Of a stretch of DNA of 64,000 bases, positions 20,919 to 30,399 are shown one piece after another. The DNA comes from a virus. The first letter of the stretch is position 1, and each line of letters begins with the position of its first letter. The stretch lies in IMG/VR virus record IMGVR_UViG_3300000553_000012, positions 1 through 64,000 of that record; one strand, given 5' to 3'. The notes beneath the pieces are model-generated. The model was not told the DNA's origin. It did not search any database and worked only from the letters and a program-made list of their open reading frames with translations. The position numbers and the translations under genes are program-made.

Positions 20919-21887
20919 TTATACCGTTGTCAATAATAAATTCTTGAGTTCTTTTGTAGCTTGAGCCGCAAAATTATTATCAAGTAATTGAATGTTTTTA
21001 TTAAAAGCATTTTTTTCCACTTCATATTGATATGCTGTTACAATTGTCCAATATGAAAATTCTGCTTGTGGAATATTTTGACTAAGAGTGGTCACAGATG
21101 TAACTAATGTACTTGCACCTGAAGTAAGACCAGTTATATATCCAGCTAATCCGCCAATAGTTGATATTCCATTTACAACCTGACCAGATATATGCTGAAT
21201 TATTATAAAGTCACTATTAACAGATACTATAGTTCCAATTGTATATCCGTTTTGAGATACTTGTTCACCGACAATAAATGCTGAAGTTGTACTTACATTT
21301 GGTGCAAGTAAATCATATCCCTCTTCAGTTTCAAGAGTATATACTCCATCTTCTGTTAATAATTCTGTTCCATTAACTATATTTAGCTGCTGTACTTGAT
21401 TTGTGGTTGAAATCCAATCTTCTTGTTTACGAACATATGCATATATGTTATTATTATTATCTATTTGAGGCGCCCAATACTTTTGTAAATTTTCAGTTGC
21501 ACTCACTGGCAAAGCAGCATATGCCGCTGGAGATATTATAGAATCATCAGATATCCAGTTTGTTGTAAAATATAATATAGTAGATTGTGCATTAGATATA
21601 CTTCCATATTTTTGAGCTATCAAAGAATTTAGATCAGAATCAGAAAGAGGATAATCATAATAAGGATCAATTATTTTATTTGAAAGATTAATAAGCCAAA
21701 TATAATCAGGATTAGAATAATAGTTATAAGAAAGATGCTCTGGCTTCATTCCTTCTGGAATAACATATGTATAAAAAGCAGATTTATTTGTAAGAGCCAA
21801 TTTTGACATATTGACTCGTGCAAATATATTCACTGCGGAAGTATTTGAATAATTTATTACAGGAAATTTTTTAAAAAACTGAGTCAT
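20919..21887 (-). CDS. gp53: Baseplate wedge subunit gp53
   Basis: FF--FP-I-Y, LysM-like Y-I-EG-KPE-LS--YY-NPDY-WLI---N-IIDPY-D-PL. Confidence 0.85.
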   Translation of the reverse strand: MTQFFKKFPVINYSNTSAVNIFARVNMSKLALTNKSAFYTYVIPEGMKPEHLSYNYYSNPDYIWLINLSNKIIDPYYDYPLSDSDLNSLIAQKYGSISNAQSTILYFTTNWISDDSIISPAAYAALPVSATENLQKYWAPQIDNNNNIYAYVRKQEDWISTTNQVQQLNIVNGTELLTEDGVYTLETEEGYDLLAPNVSTTSAFIVGEQVSQNGYTIGTIVSVNSDFIIIQHISGQVVNGISTIGGLAGYITGLTSGASTLVTSVTTLSQNIPQAEFSYWTIVTAYQYEVEKNAFNKNIQLLDNNFAAQATKELKNLLLTTV

Positions 21888-23131
21888 TAACCACCTCCCG
21901 TCGATGGTGGTGGTGAAGTACCGGTAATAAAACTAGCTGCGCCTTGAACCAAAGCACCTGCTAAATTTCCAATTTTACCGAGAGCATCAGTATTACCAAT
22001 TAAAGCTCCACCATAAGCTGGAGGTAATCTATATTCCATTTCTTCTAATACTAACGATAGTCTAATCATTACGGGTGCTTGTGTAGCAGAATAAAATGAT
22101 GGAGCATCTCCCATTGGAGAATAACTTACATTGACTGCTTTTATAACACACCATTGAAAAGTTGTCATAAAATCTTGAGCGGTTTGTGGATTAATATATG
22201 GTTTTACGAGTGATGGATAATTAAATAAAAGACTTGTACCACCAGAAGAATATGTAGGTAAATGCGCAGCTTTAATTTGGTTAATAATTTGTTTTAAAGT
22301 ATTACTTTCATCCGAAGTTTTTGGCGCAAATAACCAATTAAACGTAAAAGTTCTAAAATCTAATCCACTAAAAATCATAGCTGTAGCAGGATTTAAAGCA
22401 AGACCTGTGCCTACACTAACAGTTTGAACAACATCATTCAGACCTGTTGCATTTCCAACCGTTCCAAGCGCAAAAGCGGCAACGTCTCCAGTAACAGATA
22501 CAATATTGTTAGATACCTTATTATCTGCATTAAGTACATTTTGTAATACATTTCCCGCTAAACCTAGATCGGTCGATGACCATCTTGGAGATGTCTCATC
22601 AATTAATCCACCGCCGTCCGGTAAAGGAAGAGTTATTTTAAATGTAGCGTTTATTGCTGTATTTGAAAATGGATCGGGCCTATTATAATCTCCAAACTGT
22701 AATGTCATATAATAAGGAGGCATATCCGGTGGATAACTTAAATCCGGATCTGTACCATTAGTAGTATTTTGTGTTCCTGGAATCTGAGTTTCTGGATTAG
22801 ACTGAATTTGACTAGCCAAATTTCTATTTGCAAGAGCACTAGATGATATTCTGGTAGGAGAACCAGAAGTAAAGAAAGAACTTGATCCGGATATCAAAGT
22901 ATCAAGTTCAGAAGCAATAATGTCTCCAGCCGAAGATGAAGTTATTCCAGTAGATGCTAAAACAGATGCTAAAGCAGATGTTATACTTCCGGCGCCGCCT
23001 AAAGCCCCATTCACATTATTCAAAATATTATTTACTGCACCGGTGGCGGTCTGTGTTATATTACTGACAACAGTTTGATTTACTGATTGAACATATGGAT
23101 TATTTGTTATATTTGAAAGGAGTGAACCCAT
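21887..23131 (-). CDS. gp48: Baseplate tail-tube cap gp48
   Basis: NP----IF-G--FR-F-F-W-FAPK---ES; CVI--VNV-Y-P; L-L-E-E. Confidence 0.85.
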   Translation of the reverse strand: MGSLLSNITNNPYVQSVNQTVVSNITQTATGAVNNILNNVNGALGGAGSITSALASVLASTGITSSSAGDIIASELDTLISGSSSFFTSGSPTRISSSALANRNLASQIQSNPETQIPGTQNTTNGTDPDLSYPPDMPPYYMTLQFGDYNRPDPFSNTAINATFKITLPLPDGGGLIDETSPRWSSTDLGLAGNVLQNVLNADNKVSNNIVSVTGDVAAFALGTVGNATGLNDVVQTVSVGTGLALNPATAMIFSGLDFRTFTFNWLFAPKTSDESNTLKQIINQIKAAHLPTYSSGGTSLLFNYPSLVKPYINPQTAQDFMTTFQWCVIKAVNVSYSPMGDAPSFYSATQAPVMIRLSLVLEEMEYRLPPAYGGALIGNTDALGKIGNLAGALVQGAASFITGTSPPPSTGGG

Positions 23132-23140
23132 TTCTTTTCC

Positions 23141-23169
23141 TATAAGTAAAAAGTCATTAATTATTTATA
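23141..23169. promoter_or_regulatory. Back-to-back overlapping late promoters: TATAAGTA (+, 23141-23148) for gp4 and TATAAATA (-, 23162-23169) for the baseplate operon
   Basis: Consensus and near-consensus T4 late promoters in the 46-bp divergent gap. Confidence 0.7.
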
Positions 23170-23177
23170 GAGATAAT

Positions 23178-23597
23178 ATGAAGGGTAAATTTCGTCCAAA
23201 AAATCCTCAAAAATATATGGGAAATCCCACAAATATAATTTTTAGAAGTAAGTGGGAAGCCGATTTCATGAGATATTTAGATATGAATGAAGACGTCCTT
23301 GCCTGGGGGTCAGAAGAATTAGTTATTCCATATAAATCACCAATAGATGGTAGATATCATAGATATTTTCCAGATATGATTATAAAAAATAAAAAGAATG
23401 AAGTAATTGTAGTTGAAATTAAACCCTATAAACAAACGCTCCAGCCTTCTATACCAAAAATGAAGACTAGAGCGTTTTTAAATGAAGCCGCAACATATGC
23501 TGTAAATCAAGCAAAATGGAAAGCAGCAGAAGAATACTGTAAAGATAGAAAATGGAGATTTCAAATTATTACTGAAAATGAAATCTATAGAAAATAG
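23178..23597 (+). CDS. gp4: Head completion nuclease gp4 (TnsA-like)
   Basis: KGKF-PKNP-KY-G-PTNII-RS-WE, WGSEE--IPY, RYFPD, EIKP, NQAKW-AA. Confidence 0.95.
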   Translation: MKGKFRPKNPQKYMGNPTNIIFRSKWEADFMRYLDMNEDVLAWGSEELVIPYKSPIDGRYHRYFPDMIIKNKKNEVIVVEIKPYKQTLQPSIPKMKTRAFLNEAATYAVNQAKWKAAEEYCKDRKWRFQIITENEIYRK

Positions 23598-23603
23598 TTA
23601 TTT

Positions 23604-23963
23604 TTATTTAGCTACTGAATTTGCAGAATTTGGAACTGAAGAAGGAACATGAGTAATACTGGCCGTAACTAAAGCAATTATAGCCTGAAGCATTGTAGAA
23701 CCTAAATTTTTAACCCAATCTAATTCTTGAACTACGGCAAGATTTAAAATTGCGGTTTCAATATCTGCAATATTTCCGGTAGAAATTTCAGGAAGAACTT
23801 GAAGAACAAAGTTTCTTAAAATTATATATTGAGAAGGTAAAGTAGAATTTAGAATAGCTTTAAAATCATCCCAAAGAATTTCTGCTTCACCCACGACAAA
23901 ATGTTCTGCATCAACCCAAATAGTCTTTAAATCATTTTCGATTGTCTGTAGTAAATTGCTCAT
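23604..23963 (-). CDS. Hypothetical protein
   Basis: ORF with AAGGA RBS and TATAAATA at 24009-24016 on the minus strand. Confidence 0.65.
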   Translation of the reverse strand: MSNLLQTIENDLKTIWVDAEHFVVGEAEILWDDFKAILNSTLPSQYIILRNFVLQVLPEISTGNIADIETAILNLAVVQELDWVKNLGSTMLQAIIALVTASITHVPSSVPNSANSVAK

Positions 23964-24030
23964 TATATTTTCCTTTGATAAATAGAATAGCCATAATACT
24001 ATTCAAGTTATTTATAAAAGGAGATATACT

Positions 24031-24624
24031 ATAGCTGTTCAGTTATTTGATCAGATATTAGCACAAGGTCTTAGAGCGGGTCAAGTTCCTGGTAGAACAC
24101 AGGAAGCTCGTAATTGGTATCGCGATACTGCATTAAAAGTTAAAAACATAAATGAAGGAAAACTTCTTCGTTCACGAGAAGCATTAGTGAATAGAATAGA
24201 AGTTGGAAAGATGTATCTATTTTCATATGATCCAAAATTAAAAAAAGAACTACCATATTATGATAGATTTCCTTTAATATTTCCATTTAAAAAAGTACCA
24301 AATGGATTTTTAGGAATAAATCTACACTATTTACCATATATTTTAAGAGCAAAATTGATGGATCTTTTATATCCTAAAGTAAATGATCCTAAACTAAGTG
24401 ATGCCGCAAGATTAAAAATAAGCTATAATATATTGAATGCTGCTGCAACAAATAAATATATAAAACCTTGCATAAAAATGTATCTTAATAATCATGTGCG
24501 GTCTAAATTTATTATGATAGTGCCGACAGAATGGGATATTGCGCTTTGGCTTCCAGTAGAAAATTTTGCAAAGGCTTCAAACCAAAAGGTCTGGGCAGAT
24601 AGCAGAAAAATGATAGGTAAATAA
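24031..24624 (+). CDS. gp2: DNA end protector gp2; predicted ATA start
   Basis: YDPK-K--LPYYD-FPL, GINLHYLP, W--A--LP---F; frame open from ATA 24031 behind AAGGAG, reading (M)AVQLFDQILAQGLRAGQVPGRTQEARNWYR. Confidence 0.9.
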   Translation: MAVQLFDQILAQGLRAGQVPGRTQEARNWYRDTALKVKNINEGKLLRSREALVNRIEVGKMYLFSYDPKLKKELPYYDRFPLIFPFKKVPNGFLGINLHYLPYILRAKLMDLLYPKVNDPKLSDAARLKISYNILNAAATNKYIKPCIKMYLNNHVRSKFIMIVPTEWDIALWLPVENFAKASNQKVWADSRKMIGK

Positions 24625-25434
24625 ATGGCGTTAAATGGATTTAATATTGCCGAATTTAAAGCCAATGCTTTAAGAAATGGCTTACTTAAGGACAATCTAT
24701 ATCTGGTAAACTTTCAACAATCTGGATTTTTATCAAATAGCTTAATGTTTTTTACTGAAAATGTATCTATACCAGCAACAGATTTAGATACACAAATGAT
24801 AAGAAGATATGGCTATGGTCCTATAGAAAATGTTCCATTTCGTCCTGTTTTTCAACCATTACGAATGACATTTATAGTAGAAGCTTCTCAACAAAACGTA
24901 CTCATTAATGTTTTAAAAAATATATCTGCTACAACATCATTCATGAATTATAATAATATGAGCACTCAGGGTGAAACTTTGTTGGGCGGAAGAACAACAG
25001 CATATCCTTATGAGGTAGCATATAAAGGTGATTTAGAATTTGATCTTACTGTATATGTTTACAATGATCATCAAGATACAATAATGACTTATACATTTAA
25101 ACAATGTTATGCTAAACAGGTTGGTGATATTTCTCTCGGTTGGGCGACAAATGATCAATATATGAAAGTAGACGTTGTTTTTATGTATACAGATTACAGT
25201 ATTAATTCTGAAACAACTACTCAAATCGACGACTTGAGTAGTTTAAGTAATATACAATCTCAATTAGGATTTTCATCACCTTCACAAACTATAAGCGCAC
25301 TACAATATCCGGTGGGAGTTTCAGATGCTATTAATTTAGCAAATGCTAGAACTTTAGTTGGACTTCAAAATAACCCGGCTGGAAATTATGTTTCACCTTC
25401 AAATAGTTCTTTAACAAATCAAATACAATTATAA
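24625..25434 (+). CDS. Tail-tube-fold baseplate protein (gp54-like)
   Basis: I--FK----G----N-Y-V, V-IP, P---F--L--TF, Y------Y---V--I-L-W; located between gp2 and gp26. Confidence 0.7.
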   Translation: MALNGFNIAEFKANALRNGLLKDNLYLVNFQQSGFLSNSLMFFTENVSIPATDLDTQMIRRYGYGPIENVPFRPVFQPLRMTFIVEASQQNVLINVLKNISATTSFMNYNNMSTQGETLLGGRTTAYPYEVAYKGDLEFDLTVYVYNDHQDTIMTYTFKQCYAKQVGDISLGWATNDQYMKVDVVFMYTDYSINSETTTQIDDLSSLSNIQSQLGFSSPSQTISALQYPVGVSDAINLANARTLVGLQNNPAGNYVSPSNSSLTNQIQL

Positions 25435-25467
25435 ATCATAATTTGAATAATATAATAGGAGTTTATT

Positions 25468-26187
25468 ATGCCATTACCTAAATTAAAAGTACCTCTTTTC
25501 GATGTGACTATACCATCTACAAATAAAGACGCTAAATACAGACCTTTTCTTGTAAAAGAAGAAAAAATTCTTTTAATTGCTCAACAGGGTGGCACAAAAA
25601 AAGAAATGATTAATGCCCTAAAACAAGTCATTAATAATTGTATGACTTTGATTGATGGAACAGATGTTGATGTAGACTCATTAACAACATTTGATTTAGA
25701 ATATCTTTTTTTAAAGATAAGATCAAAATCTGTTGATAATGTCGTAGAATTAAAATACATTGATCATGAAGATGAAAAAACTTATGAATTTAAAGTATCT
25801 TTGGACGATATAGAAATTCAACATACTCCAGAACATACAAATAAAATTAAAATAGATAATGACGTTGGAATTATTATGAAATATCCCACGGCAACAATGA
25901 TAGATAATGTTCCTGAAGATATTAGTGATGCTGATATGTCTGTGTATATGATCAAAGAATGCCTTGATAAAATTTATGATGCTGAAGAAGTTTATCTTGC
26001 AAAAGAATGTAATAAACAAGAATTAGAAGAATTTGTCGATTCATTAAATGTAAAAACATTTGAAAATATTCAAAAATTCTTTGAAACTATGCCTAGACTA
26101 TATCATAAGATTGAATATACTAATTCAAAAGGAACGGCTCGAACAATTGAGTTGACTACGTTAGATGATTTTTTTACATTGGCCTAG
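25468..26187 (+). CDS. gp26: Baseplate hub assembly protein gp26
   Basis: MPLPK---P------PST----YRPFLVKEEKILL-A, FD-EYLFL-IRSKSV, MKYP, FF-TMP-L, L-DFF. Confidence 0.92.
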   Translation: MPLPKLKVPLFDVTIPSTNKDAKYRPFLVKEEKILLIAQQGGTKKEMINALKQVINNCMTLIDGTDVDVDSLTTFDLEYLFLKIRSKSVDNVVELKYIDHEDEKTYEFKVSLDDIEIQHTPEHTNKIKIDNDVGIIMKYPTATMIDNVPEDISDADMSVYMIKECLDKIYDAEEVYLAKECNKQELEEFVDSLNVKTFENIQKFFETMPRLYHKIEYTNSKGTARTIELTTLDDFFTLA

Positions 26188-26345
26188 TTCACAATGATTT
26201 AAATAATTATTATTCTACATTATTTTCTATGGTTCATCATCATCATTATTCCATAGACGAATTGGAAAATTTGATTCCTTTTGAAAGAGATTTATATGTC
26301 GGTATGATTAAAGATATTATAGAAGAAGAAAATAGAGTTAATTAA
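26175..26345 (+). CDS. gp51: Baseplate hub assembly protein gp51-like, probably expressed as a -1 frameshift extension of gp26
   Basis: YIGLVHNDLNNYYSTLFSMVHHHHYSIDELENLIPFERDLYVGMIKDIIEEENRVN*, matching the gp51 pattern YY---F-M--HH-YS--ELE--IP-ER--Y. Missing from ORF track. Confidence 0.8.
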   Translation, partial: YIGLVHNDLNNYYSTLFSMVHHHHYSIDELENLIPFERDLYVGMIKDIIEEENRVN

Positions 26346-28532
26346 ATGGCATTTTTACTACCATTATTAGAAGGTGGCGCGGCGATCGGTGCAGAAGCAG
26401 GGGCTGTCGGTGAAGCGGGGGCTGCCGCTGAAGGCACTGCTGCTAAAGGTGCTATAAAAGATATAAAAAAATTAGAAAAAGATACAAATGAAAAAACAGA
26501 TAAATTAGAAAAAACTACAAAAAAAGTAAAACAGTCTGATACATATAATCCTTTAGAACAAGCAATATTAAAACAAGAAGGTATTAAACCGCGCGGCTTT
26601 TGGTTTGCTCGTGATAATGAAATGGTCAAAAAAGAAGAGATTACAAGAACTTTAGAATCAAATCCTACTATAATAATTGTCAAAAAATTAGATATTATTG
26701 ATAATAAAATAACAACGCTTATTGATATATCTAAAAATGTTTTAAAAAATACAACAGAACAATTGGATTTTTTAAAACGAACTGTTGAAGATATGGAAAT
26801 TGAAAAAGAAGAAGCTTCTCTTAAAGGTAAAAAAAATAATCGTGATGTAGAACCCGTTGACAATTCTGATAAAGAAAAAACCAAAATGAGTGGTTCTTTA
26901 ATGTTATTGCTAGGCGCCGGCTTTTTATTATTTGCTAGATGGTTAGGTAATCTTAAAACCGCTTTTGGTGCTTGGATGGTAGTTAGTTTGAGTAAAATAG
27001 GAAAAACTATAGATAATGCTATAAAAAGTATTATAGGAGCTTTTAAAAAAAGATCAACTGTTCCTAAAAATATAGGTAAAGATGAAAAGGCTTTAATAAA
27101 TTCTGAGGAAGAAGCAAAAGAAGCAAGAGCCGCATATGAAGAAGCAAAAAATCTTTCTAGTTCTAAAGGAAAATCTATAGTTAAAAAAACATTGAGTTTT
27201 GTTGAAAAGAAAACTCTTCAATTTTTCAAATTATTTAAACCTCTTCTAGAGAAAGGCAAATCTCTTTTAAAATTTTTAGGAAAATTTGTTGGTATAATTG
27301 GTACTCTATTGGTATTTTCAGATGCTATAATTGATTTTCTTAGTAATGGATTTAAATTAGATGATAAAGTTAAATCAGATTTTTTAAAAGCATTTGGAGC
27401 TCTTATAGGAGCAATTGTGGGTGAAGCTGGCGGGACCGCCATTGGTGCTTTTTTTGGATCAATAGTACCAATAATAGGAACAGCGATTGGAGGAGTTATC
27501 GGAGGATTAGTTGGTTCATTTGTGGGTGCAAATGTAGGAGAATACATAGCAAAAAAAGTTGGTGAATGGATATTTGATGGAAAAGATATAGGAGCTATAC
27601 TAAAAGAATTTGTCGATGATACATTTAATTTTATAAAAACTCCTATATCAAATATAGGTTCTTTCTTTGGATTTGGTCCAAAAAAGAAAGATCCAGGAGC
27701 TACCGCTAGCAGCAAGCCTACTCCCACAACAACAAATGTTCCCAGACAAATGAATAATGCTCAAATGGCTGGAATTAAAGGACTAGGCGGAAATGGAAGC
27801 ACTGCTGAAGCCATGAATTATTTAACCAAACAAGGATGGACCAAAGAGCAGGCCGCCGGAATAATAGGAAATCTACAGGTAGAAAGTGGAATAAATCTTA
27901 AAATAAATGCGCTTGGTGATAATGGCCGTGCATATGGAATTGCGCAATGGCATCCGGACAGACAAAATAAATTTTCACAATTATATAATAAAGATATTAG
28001 AGAATCTAATTTTAAAGAACAATTAGCATTTCTTAATTGGGAATTAAACAATAGTGAAAAAAGAGCGGGTAATATTATAAGAGGAGCGACCTCGGCGGCA
28101 GATGCGGCTGCTTTATTTGATATTCATTATGAAAGATCAAGTGGAACAGCAAGACAGCAAAGAATTGCAAATGCTGCGGCTATAATCGGTGGAAAAAACA
28201 ATGGAATTCCAACATCTACATCATTTTCTACCGTAAATCCAGTATCTTTTGCTAAATCATTTAACGGCGGTGGAGGAAGTGGTGGTGGAGGTGGATCTAC
28301 TGCTCAATCGAGTAGTGCGCCAAAAGCTTCAACTAATCCTTCGGCAGGAAAACAATCATTAACTAATCAACCTACACAAACTTCTCAAACTCCACTTACT
28401 CCAAGAAAACCAGTATCTCCGGGTATACAATATGGCATACCAAATCCAGTATACACAATGATAAAAGAAGATTGTGCTGCTGTATTTTTTAATTCTGGTG
28501 AACCGCTGTTTGGTGTTGCCGGATTAACCTAA
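26346..28532 (+). CDS. Tape-measure-like tail protein with phage tail lysozyme domain
   Basis: Follows gp26/51; hydrophobic glycine-zipper segments; AAGIIGNLQVES...AYGIAQW...R...QL-F---EL...YER. Confidence 0.75.
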   Translation: MAFLLPLLEGGAAIGAEAGAVGEAGAAAEGTAAKGAIKDIKKLEKDTNEKTDKLEKTTKKVKQSDTYNPLEQAILKQEGIKPRGFWFARDNEMVKKEEITRTLESNPTIIIVKKLDIIDNKITTLIDISKNVLKNTTEQLDFLKRTVEDMEIEKEEASLKGKKNNRDVEPVDNSDKEKTKMSGSLMLLLGAGFLLFARWLGNLKTAFGAWMVVSLSKIGKTIDNAIKSIIGAFKKRSTVPKNIGKDEKALINSEEEAKEARAAYEEAKNLSSSKGKSIVKKTLSFVEKKTLQFFKLFKPLLEKGKSLLKFLGKFVGIIGTLLVFSDAIIDFLSNGFKLDDKVKSDFLKAFGALIGAIVGEAGGTAIGAFFGSIVPIIGTAIGGVIGGLVGSFVGANVGEYIAKKVGEWIFDGKDIGAILKEFVDDTFNFIKTPISNIGSFFGFGPKKKDPGATASSKPTPTTTNVPRQMNNAQMAGIKGLGGNGSTAEAMNYLTKQGWTKEQAAGIIGNLQVESGINLKINALGDNGRAYGIAQWHPDRQNKFSQLYNKDIRESNFKEQLAFLNWELNNSEKRAGNIIRGATSAADAAALFDIHYERSSGTARQQRIANAAAIIGGKNNGIPTSTSFSTVNPVSFAKSFNGGGGSGGGGGSTAQSSSAPKASTNPSAGKQSLTNQPTQTSQTPLTPRKPVSPGIQYGIPNPVYTMIKEDCAAVFFNSGEPLFGVAGLT

Positions 28533-28533
28533 A

Positions 28534-30120
28534 ATGGCAAAATTAGAAAATGTCTCAAAAAAAATAAAAAATACTGACTATAGCCCATTAGAAATACAGA
28601 TTTTAAGAAGTAAAGGTATTACCACAAAAGGTTGGTGGTTTTCAAAAAACAATAAAATGATAAAAAAAGATGAAATAGACAATACTATCAATACAAGTGG
28701 AATTCTTGTTGTAATAGATAAATTAGATTTAATTAATAAAAAAATTAATAAAACACGAAAAAATTTGTTTAAAGCCATGGATGCAAATGAAGAATCTATG
28801 GACTATGCTATACGAATATTTAATCTTAATAAACCTGAAAGTTCTCCAAAACCTGTTCCTAACAAACAAAAAAGAAAAAAGAAAAAATCTGATAATTTAG
28901 GTAATTTTTTACTTTTTGCTGGAATAGAATTATCAGTATTAATCCGTGGCGCTATAGGATGGGCAACTACTGGTATACAAAAAATATTTGACACATTAAA
29001 ATCAGGATTTAGTAAGGTAATAGCTATACTATATGATGGCTTGTCCAGTTTTATGAACTTTATAGGACAAAAAGATGCTGCAAAAGAGTTTAGTGATAAA
29101 GCTAAAGCACTTAGATTACCGCCCGCGCCTTCTATACCCAAAACTAAAAAGAATGAAGTGGGTGCACCGTCTACTGGAGGTTCTGAAGTTTCTCCACAGA
29201 AAGAAGTAACACCAGAGCTTCAATCTACAAATGCTCAACTTGCAACTAACAAACCAAATGATATAATTTCATCAAGTCCAAGTCCGAGTATACAGTCTAC
29301 TACCGGTGGAAGTGGAACTGGTGGTTCAGTCTCTCCAGCACCGCCTACTACCGGTGGAGGTGGAACTGGTGGTTCAGTCTCTCCAGCACCGCCTACTACC
29401 GGTGGAAGTGGAACTGGTGGTTCAGTCTCTCCAGCACCGCCTACTACCGGTGGAGGTGGGCCACCCGCTACTGGGGATAAAATACAAACAAATACGGGGA
29501 AAAAACCAAATAATGTAACTTTAGGCCCAAAAGCAGATATATCAAAAGTAGAACCCGAATTACTATCTAGATTTTATGCAGCCGCAGTAGAATATGGCAA
29601 ACCATTAAAAATTGAAACAGGATATCGAGGAGACGAATATCAAGCAGAACTTTGGGTAAGAGCTAATATATTTCATGAACCGAGAATTTTTAGTCCAGCA
29701 TCACCAAAAAACGATACTACAATTATATATAAAGGAAAAACTTTTACCGTCAAAGGTGGTGGTAAAGGAAGCGCCCATGCTTTAGGGCAAGCAATAGATG
29801 TGAGTCCGACTGCTCCACAAGGACAACAATCACCACTGGATCCATTTTTAAAGAAACATGGGCTGTGGAGACCTTTTATTAATGGCGTAGGCAGAACTAA
29901 AGCAGACGCTCCACACATTCAATATGCTGGTAAAATGGGAGCAGATATACAAGAAGGACAAAGATTTATGAATAATAAATCTTCCACTACTTCTGCGCCA
30001 AAAACAAATCCACCGACTTCTACTAATTCTAAAAATAATATAAATAATAATGGATATTCATTAGAACAGCATTTTGGCGTAAATGAACCGACATACACTT
30101 CACATAATCAAGGAACTTAA
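28534..30120 (+). CDS. Paralogous tail protein with M15-family zinc peptidase domain
   Basis: N-terminus resembles that of 26346; TGYR...Q..L, S-A-H-ALGQAID, DAPHIQ M15 motifs. Confidence 0.75.
   Translation: MAKLENVSKKIKNTDYSPLEIQILRSKGITTKGWWFSKNNKMIKKDEIDNTINTSGILVVIDKLDLINKKINKTRKNLFKAMDANEESMDYAIRIFNLNKPESSPKPVPNKQKRKKKKSDNLGNFLLFAGIELSVLIRGAIGWATTGIQKIFDTLKSGFSKVIAILYDGLSSFMNFIGQKDAAKEFSDKAKALRLPPAPSIPKTKKNEVGAPSTGGSEVSPQKEVTPELQSTNAQLATNKPNDIISSSPSPSIQSTTGGSGTGGSVSPAPPTTGGGGTGGSVSPAPPTTGGSGTGGSVSPAPPTTGGGGPPATGDKIQTNTGKKPNNVTLGPKADISKVEPELLSRFYAAAVEYGKPLKIETGYRGDEYQAELWVRANIFHEPRIFSPASPKNDTTIIYKGKTFTVKGGGKGSAHALGQAIDVSPTAPQGQQSPLDPFLKKHGLWRPFINGVGRTKADAPHIQYAGKMGADIQEGQRFMNNKSSTTSAPKTNPPTSTNSKNNINNNGYSLEQHFGVNEPTYTSHNQGT
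29297..29459 (+). repeat. 48-bp in-frame tandem repeat, 3 full copies plus a partial
   Basis: Units start at 29297, 29345, 29393, 29441 and encode TTGG(S/G)GTGGSVSPAPP. Confidence 0.95.
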
Positions 30121-30121
30121 A

Positions 30122-30373
30122 ATGAGTACAACAGATGTAACTCCTGCCGCGCCACCAAATTGGATAGCTAAAGTATTACAAGATGTTGATGGAAATCCAT
30201 CTTCAAAACGAGTTATTGTATTAGGATCAATGGTATTTCTTTCAATATATGGTATTGCTAACATTTTTTATAATGTTAAAGTCGATCCCATGGTTATAGA
30301 TGCCTTAAAATATACAATTATTACCGGCATTGGCGCTATTGGTGCAGAAAAATTTACCAATAGACCAAAATAA
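30122..30373 (+). CDS. Small two-TM membrane protein, holin-like
   Basis: AAGGA RBS before ATG 30122; D--G-PSSKR then two hydrophobic helices and a basic tail. Confidence 0.6.
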   Translation: MSTTDVTPAAPPNWIAKVLQDVDGNPSSKRVIVLGSMVFLSIYGIANIFYNVKVDPMVIDALKYTIITGIGAIGAEKFTNRPK

Positions 30374-30399
30374 AAAAAGAGGGAGAGAATCTCCCTCTT
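30372..30399 (-). terminator. Rho-independent terminator between convergent operons
   Basis: AAGAGGGAGA-gaa-TCTCCCTCTT stem with U-tract on the minus strand. Confidence 0.85.

Noticed and set aside
29297-29459. Possible CRISPR array
   Set aside because: Contiguous in-frame units with no unique spacers; a coding tandem repeat. No CRISPR array seen anywhere in the window.
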